A DNA stretch of 64,000 bases, taken from a bacterium. GTDB taxonomy: Bacteria > Patescibacteriota > Minisyncoccia > UBA6257 > 2-01-FULL-56-20. Below are positions 1-8,849 of the stretch, piece after piece (the stretch's first letter is position 1; each line of letters begins with the position of its first letter). The stretch is from positions 20,220 through 84,219 of the forward strand of contig JAJXZE010000002.1 of NCBI GenBank assembly GCA_021780195.1, read 5' to 3'. A program made the position numbers and the translations under genes. Under the pieces are notes generated by a model, which was not told where the DNA came from, ran no database searches, and saw nothing but the letters and a program-made list of their open reading frames with translations.

Positions 1-170
1 ACGTCGGGCTCGGCGACCTGCCCCTTGCGCCAAGCCCCCTCGCGAATCCCTGAACGAAGGTCGTTTTCCCCGCCCCGAGGTCGCCCGTGAGCGCAACGAC
101 CGTGGCGCCGCGCGAGCGCCTCACCGATCTTTATCGTCTCGGCCGAAGAAAAGCTCCGATAGGTCTTCAT
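1..170 (-). CDS. tsaE: tRNA t6A ATPase TsaE, 5' part (gene runs off the window start)
   Basis: The minus strand encodes [25 protein letters not shown]...SPSPT, a P-loop plus SPT motif typical of TsaE/YjeE. ATG at 170 gives [22 protein letters not shown], a TsaE-like N-terminus, but in a different frame from the P-loop. An alternative GTG at 124 overlaps the upstream stop (GTGA). Confidence 0.6.
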   Translation of the reverse strand, partial: MKTYRSFSSAETIKIGEALARRHGRCAHGRPRGGENDLRSGIREGAWRKGQVAEPD

Positions 171-751
171 GGGTTTTAATAACATAGAATATAAGTCCGA
201 GAATCAGAACGGCGGTTCCCATCATTATCGCGGAAAAACCCGAAGTGTCCAACTGCGCGTTGAGCGGGGTGCCGCGGGGGTGCGATTGCACACTAATAGT
301 TGCCGCGGCGGCGGCGTTCCGCGCGCCGGGCGTCGGATCTGCGAATGCAAAGTTCAGAAGCGCGCCCGCGCCGGCCGCTTCATCTCCCGCCGCTCCAAGC
401 ACGGCATGATTCACGCGCGAAAAACTTTTCCCCTCGGGAGCGCTCCCGAAAAATTCTCCGCGGTCGACGAGAATGTTCCGCGCGTCATAGAGCGCGAGCG
501 CGCCGTCCGTGTTGCGTAGCGAGAGTTTCGTGACGTTTTTTTTTGAGGATCAGATAGCCGCGCGCGGGCACGTACCGGCCGTCGAGCGCAAACTTCTTCC
601 CGCCCTCAGTTTCGAGCCGCCAGCCGTCGAGGCGTGCGTCCGCCGCCCCGCCGTTAAAGAGTTCCACGAACTCTCCCTCCGCGTCTGCGCCCACCGGGTT
701 CGGAAGCCACTCGTTGAGAAAAACCACGCTTGAATGATAAACCATTCGCAT
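121..751 (-). pseudogene. Lamin-tail-domain (LTD) protein with C-terminal TM anchor, interrupted by a frameshift in a homopolymer
   Basis: 751->485 encodes MRMVYHSSVVFLNEWLPNPVGADAEGEFVELFNGG...GWRLE, which is LTD-like. The frame breaks in a T9 run (536-544; A9 on the coding strand). The domain continues in another frame (NVTKLSLRNTDGALALYDARNILVD...) to the TM helix AIMMGTAVLILGLIFYVI and a stop at 121. Eight or eleven A would give one ~209-aa ORF. Confidence 0.5.
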
Positions 752-754
752 TAA

Positions 755-788
755 AATTTTTTAAAGAAAGCCGACCTTTCGGTCGGCT
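755..788 (-). terminator. Rho-independent terminator candidate
   Basis: Minus-strand hairpin AGCCGACC-GAAA-GGTCGGCT (769-788) followed by a U-rich tract (755-768), directly downstream of the 815..1195 ORF. Confidence 0.6.
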
Positions 789-814
789 AATCTCATTACG
801 GCGAAACGGGGCGT

Positions 815-1195
815 TTATAAATATCTTTCCACCTCCGCCATGAAGTTCGATTCCTCCGTGGAAAACAGATCTTCGTCCGTGAGCTGTAGTGCCTGCTCGG
901 CAACTTCCACCGAACATTGCTTGGGCGACTCGCAAGACCAACAAACAAAATAATACAGTCTGCGAACAAATTTTTCCCGGTCCACTTCGGCGTCAGCAAT
1001 GATGCTCACGCCGCGCAAGAGATCGATGCGAGCATCCATCGCTGTCCGCTCATCGACCTCGCTTTGAAGATTGATGAGGCTTTGAAGTTGTGCTACCTCA
1101 CGTACGACAGCGGCCGCCCTGTTTTGAGCCTGTAGTCGCCGCTCATCCGCGCTCTTTAAAAACCATACGCTTTCTTCTGGTTCTGGCTCGGTCAT
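815..1195 (-). CDS. Hypothetical protein (127 aa)
   Basis: Taken from ORF-track ORF 815..1255. The start is moved to ATG 1195, which is preceded by GGGAGGA. No recognisable domain. Confidence 0.5.
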   Translation of the reverse strand: MTEPEPEESVWFLKSADERRLQAQNRAAAVVREVAQLQSLINLQSEVDERTAMDARIDLLRGVSIIADAEVDREKFVRRLYYFVCWSCESPKQCSVEVAEQALQLTDEDLFSTEESNFMAEVERYL

Positions 1196-1267
1196 TTTTT
1201 TCCTCCCGCCAAATTTGGCTGGCAATATTATTTCATATACCAGCGAACTCGTCAAGTCGTCTTCGCC

Positions 1268-2260
1268 CTACAGCAGTTCGTCCCCCTTCTTCACCTTCAG
1301 GTGCCGGTAGGCCGCCGGAAGCACGATGCGGCCCGCGGAGGAGCGCTGAAGGAACCCTAAGCTCATAAGAAACGGCTCGTAGATGTCCTCGATCACGCCG
1401 CGTTCCTCGGCAAGCGCGGCCGCGAGCGTATTGATGCCCACGGGGCCGCCATTGAACTTCTCGATGATCGTGAGAAGGAGCTTCCGGTCCTGCGGTTCGA
1501 GCCCCGCCTCGTCGATCTCGAGCATCTCGAGCGTCCGCCGCGCGGCGCTTTCATCGATCACCTTTTCTCCGTGCACCTCCGCGAAATCGCGAGCTCGGCG
1601 CAAAAGCCGGTTCGCCACGCGCGGCGTCCCGCGCGAAGCACGCGCCAGAAGGTCCATCGCCTCGGGCGTCGTTTTCACATTCAATATCTTCGCCGAACGG
1701 TTCAGGATTTTCGTGATGTCCTCGGTGGTGTAGTAGCCGAGCCGCAGGGTGGCGCCGAAGCGCGACCTCAAAGGCGTCGAAAGCAGGTTTTCGCGCGTCG
1801 TCGCCGCGATGAGCGTGAAGGGAGGAAGGTCGAGCGAGAGCGTTCGCGCGGACGGCCCCTTTCCCACCACGAGGTGCAGCTTCCGCGCTTCCATCGCGGG
1901 GTAGAGCACCTCTTCGATCATCGGGTTGATCCGGTGCGCTTCGTCGATAAAAAGTATTTCACCGGGCGAAAGGTTGGTGAGGATCGCGGCGAGGTCGCCC
2001 GTCTTCTCGAGCGCCGGTCCCGAAGTCGTCCTCACGAGCCCTCCGGTCTCGCGTGCCACAAGATACGCGAGGGTCGTTTTCCCGAGTCCCGCGGGCCCGG
2101 AGAAGAGGAGGTGGTCGGACGATTCGCCGCGATTCTTGGCGGCTTCGAGGATCACCTTCAGATTCCCTTTTATTTTTTCCTGGCCGATGTACTCATCCCA
2201 GCTCGTCGGGCGGAGCGTAAGGTCGATGTTCTGATCGTCTTTGGGGATGTTTTTGGGCAC
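1268..2260 (-). CDS. ruvB: Holliday junction branch migration helicase RuvB
   Basis: 330 aa with Walker A GPAGLGKTT and Walker B LFIDEAHR; full-length RuvB architecture. GTG start. Confidence 0.95.
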   Translation of the reverse strand: MPKNIPKDDQNIDLTLRPTSWDEYIGQEKIKGNLKVILEAAKNRGESSDHLLFSGPAGLGKTTLAYLVARETGGLVRTTSGPALEKTGDLAAILTNLSPGEILFIDEAHRINPMIEEVLYPAMEARKLHLVVGKGPSARTLSLDLPPFTLIAATTRENLLSTPLRSRFGATLRLGYYTTEDITKILNRSAKILNVKTTPEAMDLLARASRGTPRVANRLLRRARDFAEVHGEKVIDESAARRTLEMLEIDEAGLEPQDRKLLLTIIEKFNGGPVGINTLAAALAEERGVIEDIYEPFLMSLGFLQRSSAGRIVLPAAYRHLKVKKGDELL

Positions 2261-2278
2261 TTGACAATATAATTTGGG

Positions 2279-2439
2279 TATGCTAGCATATACCCTGGAC
2301 TTGGAAAAAAGATAGTTGATTCAAATCTGGGGGCGGGAATTTTATCTAAAAACTTCAGGACGAACCGGTTCCGGCTGGTTTTATCCTTTGATTAATTCTA
2401 ACCTCTTTTATCCTTGGATAAAAGAGATACATTATCCTT
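2279..2439. promoter_or_regulatory. AT-rich control region upstream of ruvB with a palindrome and three TTATCCTT repeats
   Basis: Contains the 12-bp perfect palindrome TATGCTAGCATA (2279-2290). TTATCCTT occurs at 2381, 2408 and 2432. A perfect 11-bp hairpin CTCTTTTATCC-TT-GGATAAAAGAG lies at 2403-2426. Confidence 0.3.
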
Positions 2440-2507
2440 TCGCGAGGTAATGCCCCCAGGTTTGAGGCAAGTATCTGGTAAAGAGCTCGGCCCGCGCGCC
2501 GGGTTTT

Positions 2508-4208
2508 TTATTTCGCCTGTTCCGCTGGTTCCGGCCAGACGATCTCTCCCGTGGCGCCTTCCACCTCTTCCCAGGTGGTGAGGCCCGTGAGGACCTTGAG
2601 GATCCCGTCTTCCTGCATGGTGACCATCTTCTGCCGCGCGGCCACCTTGCGGAGTGCCACCTCGGACGCCTCCTTCAGAATGGTGGTCTCGAGATCCGGC
2701 CCTCCCTCCAAAAATTCGAAGATGCCTCTGCGTCCTTTATAGCCGATGCCGCTGCACTTTGTACAGCCCACCGCTGTGTACAACGCGTACGAAGCGTATT
2801 TTGTTTTGTCGACCCGCGCGGGAAGCGCGGCAAGGAATTTTTCGATCCTCTCCTTCGTCGCCTCGTCAGGTTCGATTTTTTTCTTGCAGTCGGGGCAGAG
2901 CACGCGCACGAGACGCTGGGCGATCACGAGCGAAAGTGCGGGGCCGATGCTCGTCGTCTTCACGCCGAGGTCGATGAGACGCGGCACCGCGCCCACCGCG
3001 TCGTTCGTGTGGAGCGTGGAAAGCACGAGGTGTCCCGTGAGGGACGCCTGGAGCGCGATGTCCGCCGTGTCGAGATCGCGCACCTCGCCCACGAGGATCA
3101 CGTCCGGGTCCTGCCGCACGATGGCGCGGAGCCCGTTCGCGAAGGTGTAATTCGCCTCGTTGTCCACTTGTGTCTGCTCGATCCCCTCGATGCGGTACTC
3201 GATTGGATCCTCAAGCGTGATGATCTTGAGTCCCGGATCGTTGATGGTCCGGAGGAAGGCGTAGAGGGTCGTCGTCTTGCCGGATCCGGTGGGGCCGGTG
3301 TTCAGGATAAGACCGTTCGGCCGTCCGAGCTGCTTTTTCACGATCGCGAGGTTATCCTCGCGGAGGCCGAGGTCCCCGAGGCTCACGAGCGTGGCCCGCG
3401 GGTCGAGGATCCTCATCACGACCGTTTCGCCGAATTCCGCCGGGATGACCGAGACGCGCATCTCGATCTCGACGTCCGTGAGTCCGACCGTAAAGCGGCC
3501 GTCCTGTGCCTCGTCGCGCACGTTCAGCTTCATCTTCGAAAGGAGCTTGATGCGTGAAACGAATGAGCGGTACAGGACGAGCGGCACATCCGTCACGATA
3601 TCGTGCAAGACGCCGTCGACGCGGAAGCGGAATTTTGCCGTGCGCTCCCCCGCTTCGGCGTGGATGTCCGACGCCCGCACGGCAAACGCGCCCGCAAGGA
3701 TGATCTCGATCACGGTCGTGGGCGACGCCGTCGCGGGATCGAGCGACGCGAACTCTTTTTTAATGCTGTCGAAGCTCGTGAGCCGCCCGCGGAGCTCGGT
3801 CATCCTCGCCTCGGACACTTTCACCTTGCCCGTGATGTCCTCCGCGGCCCGTTTCACGAACTTGTAATATTTCCACGCCGCCTCGAGCCCCGATGCGGAG
3901 GCCACGAAAAGCTTCGGGTCGTATCCTTCCGCCGCGAGCTCCTTCACGAGTTCCTTTGTGGCGCCAAAATCAGGGTTCTCGGCGATAACCGCGATCTTCT
4001 TTCCCTGCAGTTCCACGCCGGCCGCCTTCGCGGCGCGGGCCTTCTCTTCCGGAATCACGCGCACGGCATCCAGAGACACCGGCATCTTTGAAAGGTCGGC
4101 GTACGAAAGCCCTGCCTGCGCCGCAAGGCGCACCGCCGCGCGTTCCTCTCCCTCGCGATGGAGCTTGGCAAGCTTTTCTTTCAGGTCGTTCGGTCCGAGA
4201 TCAGCCAT
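2508..4208 (-). CDS. pilB: Type II/IV secretion (type IV pilus) assembly ATPase, GspE/PilB family
   Basis: Walker A GPTGSGKTTT, a GspE-type N-terminal domain, and the C-terminal tetracysteine CPDC...CTKC. The start is trimmed from 4304 to ATG 4208 (MADLGPNDLKE...). Confidence 0.9.
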   Translation of the reverse strand: MADLGPNDLKEKLAKLHREGEERAAVRLAAQAGLSYADLSKMPVSLDAVRVIPEEKARAAKAAGVELQGKKIAVIAENPDFGATKELVKELAAEGYDPKLFVASASGLEAAWKYYKFVKRAAEDITGKVKVSEARMTELRGRLTSFDSIKKEFASLDPATASPTTVIEIILAGAFAVRASDIHAEAGERTAKFRFRVDGVLHDIVTDVPLVLYRSFVSRIKLLSKMKLNVRDEAQDGRFTVGLTDVEIEMRVSVIPAEFGETVVMRILDPRATLVSLGDLGLREDNLAIVKKQLGRPNGLILNTGPTGSGKTTTLYAFLRTINDPGLKIITLEDPIEYRIEGIEQTQVDNEANYTFANGLRAIVRQDPDVILVGEVRDLDTADIALQASLTGHLVLSTLHTNDAVGAVPRLIDLGVKTTSIGPALSLVIAQRLVRVLCPDCKKKIEPDEATKERIEKFLAALPARVDKTKYASYALYTAVGCTKCSGIGYKGRRGIFEFLEGGPDLETTILKEASEVALRKVAARQKMVTMQEDGILKVLTGLTTWEEVEGATGEIVWPEPAEQAK

Positions 4209-4406
4209 TGGTATGATTTTAGCGCCGATGGCCCCGCGGAGGAAGTGCCTCTCCGTCGAAGGGCTCGCCCTAGCGCCGTCCCAATGCCTCCTCCCGCACC
4301 CCATCGCGCCGTACCCTTTTACCTTGACTAACAGGCATCGTAAGTGGCATAATATGGGTGTTCTTTAAAAATTCACGTGCCGCCTCCGGGCGGCGAGGAG
4401 AGAATC

Positions 4407-5024
4407 ATGAAAAAGTTTTTTGTTTTTGTTTTTGTCGTCGCTTTTTGTCTCCTCCTGCCGGAGGAGTTGAAGGCGCAGGGGGTCGCCTTCCAGTGGGGAG
4501 GCCCCAAAACGACGCTCTTGATCAACAACAGCGTCAACCGCCCCGCCCTGGTGACCGTCGGGCAGCAGGTATGGCCGCTGTATCCGGGACAAACTCTCTC
4601 TCTAAAATACGGATATTGGGAGAGGCAAAACCAGGCGCTCATCGTCGACGTCTGCGAGCAACTCACTTTCTCGCGGTCGGCGATTGCGCCGCCAGCATGG
4701 GCAACCGACCCCAACGTCGTCGGGGCCGCCGCAATTCCGGCGGGCTATAACAACCCCGATAAAAAAATCCTTGATGAGGCGGTAGGGCGGCTCAGGGCCG
4801 CCATCAAAAACCGCCTCGGCGGGCGAAATATGCGTCGCGAACTCGACGCGTGGGCGAAGGAGGTCAAAAAGCATGGCCTCGTTCGCTTCTCCCCCGTTTG
4901 CGAGGGCCGCTCCACCGTTGCACAGGTAACGGACGTCCAGCAGTGGGGCTGGAACCGCTCCATCGTCGTCCAGATCGCAAAGGACGCATGGAGCAAGAGC
5001 TATGCCCTCCGCACTCTTCAGTAG
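4407..5024 (+). CDS. Secreted hypothetical protein
   Basis: GAGGAG SD upstream of ATG 4407. N-terminal signal-like MKKFFVFVFVVAFCLLLPEELKAQG. No recognised domain. Confidence 0.6.
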   Translation: MKKFFVFVFVVAFCLLLPEELKAQGVAFQWGGPKTTLLINNSVNRPALVTVGQQVWPLYPGQTLSLKYGYWERQNQALIVDVCEQLTFSRSAIAPPAWATDPNVVGAAAIPAGYNNPDKKILDEAVGRLRAAIKNRLGGRNMRRELDAWAKEVKKHGLVRFSPVCEGRSTVAQVTDVQQWGWNRSIVVQIAKDAWSKSYALRTLQ

Positions 5025-5126
5025 CCTTCCCCGTGCCGCAGACCTTGCGCGCACGGGATTTTTTTATTTCAAATCTCCCTCCATCACCCCCCCGCGCCCG
5101 CTACGCAGAAAAATTCAAGGAACAGG

Positions 5127-5204
5127 GGCGCAGGAAGGCGCTTCTTCTTTCACGGACATTAAAGGGAGCCCATGGCCGAGAAAGAAGAAGGGCCTTCCTG
5201 CGCC
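5127..5204. repeat. Long hairpin element, family member A
   Basis: 25-bp stem with one mismatch (5127-5151 / 5180-5204), an inner 7-bp helix and apical loop TAAAGGGAGCCC. The 22-nt core CGGACATTAAAGGGAGCCCATG recurs as its reverse complement at 43046-43067. Confidence 0.7.
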
Positions 5205-5253
5205 TTGGGCTTTGTTTGCTCCGCGGGCGCGGGAGTATAATGCCAGTGTCATC

Positions 5254-5820
5254 ATGTCCGGGCACTCACATTGGGCGGGAATCAAGCACAAAAAGGAAAT
5301 CACCGACCAGAAGCGCGGGAAGATATTCTCGAAGCTTCTCGCGGCAATCTCGGCGGCGGCAAAAACCGAGCCGAACCCCGACTTCAACCCGCGCCTCCGC
5401 ACGGCGGTCCAGAAAGCGAGAGAGGCGAGCGTGCCGCAGGAAAATATCGAGCGCGCGATAAAGCGCGCCGCGGAAACGGGCGCGGCGCTCGAAGAGCTCG
5501 TCTTTGAGGCATATGGCCCGGGCGGCATCGCGCTCCTCATGACGGCGATCAGCGACAACCGGAACCGCACGGTCCAGGAGGTGAAACTCGCCCTCAAAGA
5601 ACGCGGCGGCAAGTGGGCCGAGGAAGGCAGCGTCCGCTGGGCCTTCGAATTCGCGCCCTCGGAGGACGGGAGCGGCATCGCGTGGCGCGCAAAATTCCCG
5701 CAGGACGTCGCACCGGACGATGCCGCAAAACTTGCGGCACTCATTGAGGCGCTTGAGGAGGTAAATGATGTGCAGGCGGTCATCACGAACGCGGCGGAGG
5801 CCGCGGAAGAAACCCAATGA
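5254..5820 (+). CDS. yebC: YebC/PmpR family DNA-binding regulator (short form)
   Basis: MSGHSHWAGIKHKK...KRGKIFSKL...NPRLR..V.KAR is the canonical YebC N-terminus. Start at ATG 5254, downstream of a TATAAT-like box. Confidence 0.85.
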   Translation: MSGHSHWAGIKHKKEITDQKRGKIFSKLLAAISAAAKTEPNPDFNPRLRTAVQKAREASVPQENIERAIKRAAETGAALEELVFEAYGPGGIALLMTAISDNRNRTVQEVKLALKERGGKWAEEGSVRWAFEFAPSEDGSGIAWRAKFPQDVAPDDAAKLAALIEALEEVNDVQAVITNAAEAAEETQ

Positions 5821-6284
5821 TTTCCCTCGGCATCGATCCGGGTACGCGGAGGATCGGCTACGGCGTCGTGAAGCGCGAGGGCAACGTGCTCTCCATGGTC
5901 GCCGCGGGACTCCTTGACATAAAGAGCGGCGACGATGCTTCCGCGCTCATGGAGGCCAAGCACGGCATGGATTCCCTGATAAAAAAATTCAAGCCGGAGA
6001 CCGCGGGAGTGGAGCGTCTTTATTTCGCTAAAAACCAGAAGACGGCGATCGCCGTGGCCCAGGCGCGCGGCGTGATCCTCCTTGCGGCGCGCGAGGCGCG
6101 TCTCCTTATCAGAGAATATACGCCGAACGAAGTGAAGCTCGGGGTTGCGGGATATGGCTTCGCGGACAAGAAGGCAGTCCTCAAAATGGTTCGGCTTACC
6201 CTCGGCGCGCCAACTCTGAAAGTGATTGACGACGCTTCGGACGCCCTGGCGCTTGCCATCATGGCGGCCGGCGACCGTAGTTAA
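5817..6284 (+). CDS. ruvC: Crossover junction endodeoxyribonuclease RuvC
   Basis: MISLGIDPGTRRIGYGVV... is the RuvC catalytic N-terminus. 155 aa, with a 4-nt overlap with yebC. Confidence 0.9.
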   Translation: MISLGIDPGTRRIGYGVVKREGNVLSMVAAGLLDIKSGDDASALMEAKHGMDSLIKKFKPETAGVERLYFAKNQKTAIAVAQARGVILLAAREARLLIREYTPNEVKLGVAGYGFADKKAVLKMVRLTLGAPTLKVIDDASDALALAIMAAGDRS

Positions 6285-6389
6285 GAGAATTTTAATGCCC
6301 GGTATGGCATACTCTTGGGGATTGACACGGAAACGCGCATCCGTATACTGATTTGGAAACAAACGAAAGGTCGTGAAATAAGAGCGATT

Positions 6390-6569
6390 ATGGTAACCGA
6401 TTTACAAATTTTAAACCTTGCATTCGCCCCGATCAGCGACGACGAGAGCGACCAGGACGTCGACCTCGGCGATACCGATATCGAGGACGAAGACGAAGAG
6501 GATGACGACGCGGACGAAGCGGGCACCGGCGCGGAAGAAGAGGAAGAAACCGGCACGGGAGAGCTCTAG
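6390..6569 (+). CDS. Small highly acidic protein (59 aa), hypothetical
   Basis: ORF-track ORF 6315..6569 trimmed to ATG 6390. The D/E-rich tail is low complexity, so coding status is uncertain. Confidence 0.3.
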   Translation: MVTDLQILNLAFAPISDDESDQDVDLGDTDIEDEDEEDDDADEAGTGAEEEEETGTGEL

Positions 6570-6626
6570 TATCCGCGCTTCCCTTTCTCGCTTTTAAAAC
6601 AGAACGGCTCCTCCCGGCAACGCACG

Positions 6627-8822
6627 TTGCGGAAAGGGCCGTTTTTGTTTGATAATAAGAAGGTGAAAAAACGGACGATGCGACGGTGGCAGATCGCGGG
6701 GATTGCGGCGGCGGGAGCGCTCGCCCTCTTTTTCATCTCGGTGCTCTACCTCGCAAGCACCCTGCCCTCCATCCAGGAGATTGCGAACCAGACCATCAGC
6801 CAATCCACGAAGATCTACGACCGCACGGGAACGATCCTCCTGTACGAAATTTCGAGCGGCGAGCGCAGGACCGTACTCCCCTTCAACGAGATCCCGCAAT
6901 CGATGAAGGATGCCACCGTTTCGATCGAGGATCAGAATTTTTATAACGAGCCCGCGTTCGACGTAAGAGGAATCCTCCGCGCGTTCTACGTCGACCTCAC
7001 GACCGCCTCCATCTCCCAGGGCGGCTCCACAATCACCCAACAGCTCGCGCGCACGGCGTTCCTCACCCTCAACCAGACCGTCACGCGGAAGATCAAGGAG
7101 CTCATCCTCGCCATCAAGCTCAACGAGTACTACACAAAGGACGAGATCCTCGCCCTCTACTTGAATCAGGTGCCGTACGGCCCGACCATCTCCGGGGTCG
7201 AAGCGGCGAGCGAAGCGTATTTCGGTATCCCGGCCTCCCAGATGAATCTCGCCCAGAGCGCGATGCTCGCGGCAATCCCCCAGGCGCCGAGCTATTACAA
7301 CCCGTGGGGGACGCACGTTGAGGAGCTCCTCGCGCGCCAGAAACTCGTGCTCCAGAAAATGTACGAGCTTGGTAAGATATCGAAGGGCGACCTGAACCAG
7401 GCGCTCGCTTATAAGATCGTCATCCAGCCGCGGCGGGCGAACGGCATGCTCGCGCCGCACTTCGTCCTCGCGGTCGAGGATTATCTCGTGCAGAAATATG
7501 GCGAAGCGATGGTGGATCGCGGCGGTCTGAAGGTCGTGACCACGCTCGATTGGAACCTCGAGCAAGACGCCGAGGAATCCGTGAAGCAGGGCGCGGAGCA
7601 GAACCAGGCGCTCTATCAGGGATACAACGCCGCGCTCGTCGCGGAAGACCCTGCGACGGGCCAGATCCTCGCCATGGTGGGGTCGCGCGATTATTTTGCG
7701 ACCTCCTCCCTCCCCTTCGGCTGCACTCCGGGCGCGAACTGCAAATTCGAGCCGAACTTCAACGTGGCCACCCAGGGGCTCCGCCAGCCCGGCTCATCGC
7801 TGAAGCCGTTCGTATATCTCACCGCATTTGAGGACGGCTATACCCCCGACACCATCCTCTTCGACGTGCCGACGGAATTCAGTACTGATTCCGCGTGCCC
7901 CAGCATCCCCGATATGGCGAGCGCGAATAAGCTCTGCTTCCACCCCGCCGACTTCGAAGGGACGTTCGCGGGGCCGATAACCATCCGCGACGCACTGGCG
8001 CAGTCGGTGAACGTACCCGCCGTAAAGGCGCTCTATCTCGTGGGAGTGAAGAACGCCGTCCAGAACGCGTATAATTTCGGCCTCACCACGCTCACGAGCC
8101 CCGACACGTACGGTCTCTCCCTCGTCCTCGGCGGCGGCGCAGTGCACCTTATTGATCTCACCGGGGCCTATTCCGTCCTCGCCGCGGACGGCGTGAAGCA
8201 TGACCAGGCAATGGTGCTCTCCGTGCAGGATGCGAACGGCAACACGCTTGAATCATGGACCGACCGCGCGACCACCGTGGCGCCCGCCCAGCCGGTGCGC
8301 CTCGTGAACGACATCCTCTCGGATGCGCAGGCGCGCGAACCGCTTTTTGCGAACAGCATGAATCTCACCGTATTCCCCGGGCACGACGTCGCCATGAAGA
8401 CAGGCACCTCGAATGACTATCGCGACGCATGGGCGATGGGGTATACCCCCTCACTCGCGGTCGGCGTCTGGGCGGGAAATAACGACAACACGCCGATGCA
8501 GAAGAACGGCTCGAGCATCCTCGCCGCGGTCCCTATATGGCACGCCTTCCTCGTGAAAGCCCTTGCCGACCAGCCGCTCGAGACCTTCGTGAAGCCCGAA
8601 CCAGTGATCCCCGCAAAGCCCGTATTCGCCGGCCAGTACGTCATCAATAACCAGGTTCATTCCATCCTGTATTATGTCGATAAAAACGATCCGACGGGAC
8701 CCGTCCCCGCGGATCCGGCCGCCGACCCGCAGTTTCATAACTGGGAACTCGGCGTGCAGGCATGGGTCGCCGTCCACCTGCCTCAATATTCTGGAGCGAG
8801 CACGGCGCCGGCGGCGCAATAG
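6627..8822 (+). CDS. Bifunctional penicillin-binding protein 1A (glycosyltransferase + transpeptidase)
   Basis: GT51 motifs EDQNFY and GGSTITQQLAR. Transpeptidase motifs SLKP (SxxK) and KTGTS. N-terminal TM segment. The start could instead be ATG 6678. Confidence 0.9.
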   Translation: MRKGPFLFDNKKVKKRTMRRWQIAGIAAAGALALFFISVLYLASTLPSIQEIANQTISQSTKIYDRTGTILLYEISSGERRTVLPFNEIPQSMKDATVSIEDQNFYNEPAFDVRGILRAFYVDLTTASISQGGSTITQQLARTAFLTLNQTVTRKIKELILAIKLNEYYTKDEILALYLNQVPYGPTISGVEAASEAYFGIPASQMNLAQSAMLAAIPQAPSYYNPWGTHVEELLARQKLVLQKMYELGKISKGDLNQALAYKIVIQPRRANGMLAPHFVLAVEDYLVQKYGEAMVDRGGLKVVTTLDWNLEQDAEESVKQGAEQNQALYQGYNAALVAEDPATGQILAMVGSRDYFATSSLPFGCTPGANCKFEPNFNVATQGLRQPGSSLKPFVYLTAFEDGYTPDTILFDVPTEFSTDSACPSIPDMASANKLCFHPADFEGTFAGPITIRDALAQSVNVPAVKALYLVGVKNAVQNAYNFGLTTLTSPDTYGLSLVLGGGAVHLIDLTGAYSVLAADGVKHDQAMVLSVQDANGNTLESWTDRATTVAPAQPVRLVNDILSDAQAREPLFANSMNLTVFPGHDVAMKTGTSNDYRDAWAMGYTPSLAVGVWAGNNDNTPMQKNGSSILAAVPIWHAFLVKALADQPLETFVKPEPVIPAKPVFAGQYVINNQVHSILYYVDKNDPTGPVPADPAADPQFHNWELGVQAWVAVHLPQYSGASTAPAAQ

Positions 8823-8849
8823 CGCGCGCCGCATCCCGCCGCGCCGGCG

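Noticed and set aside
6594-7565. Long antisense/shadow ORFs throughout the high-G+C core. Examples are 6594..7565(-), 10193..11182(+), 32648..34018(-), 60706..61812(+), 5115..6362(-) and 16459..17481(+).
   Set aside because: They overlap well-supported genes on the opposite strand. Their compositions are R/A/G/P-rich and stop-depleted, as is typical of high-GC shadow frames, and they carry no motifs.
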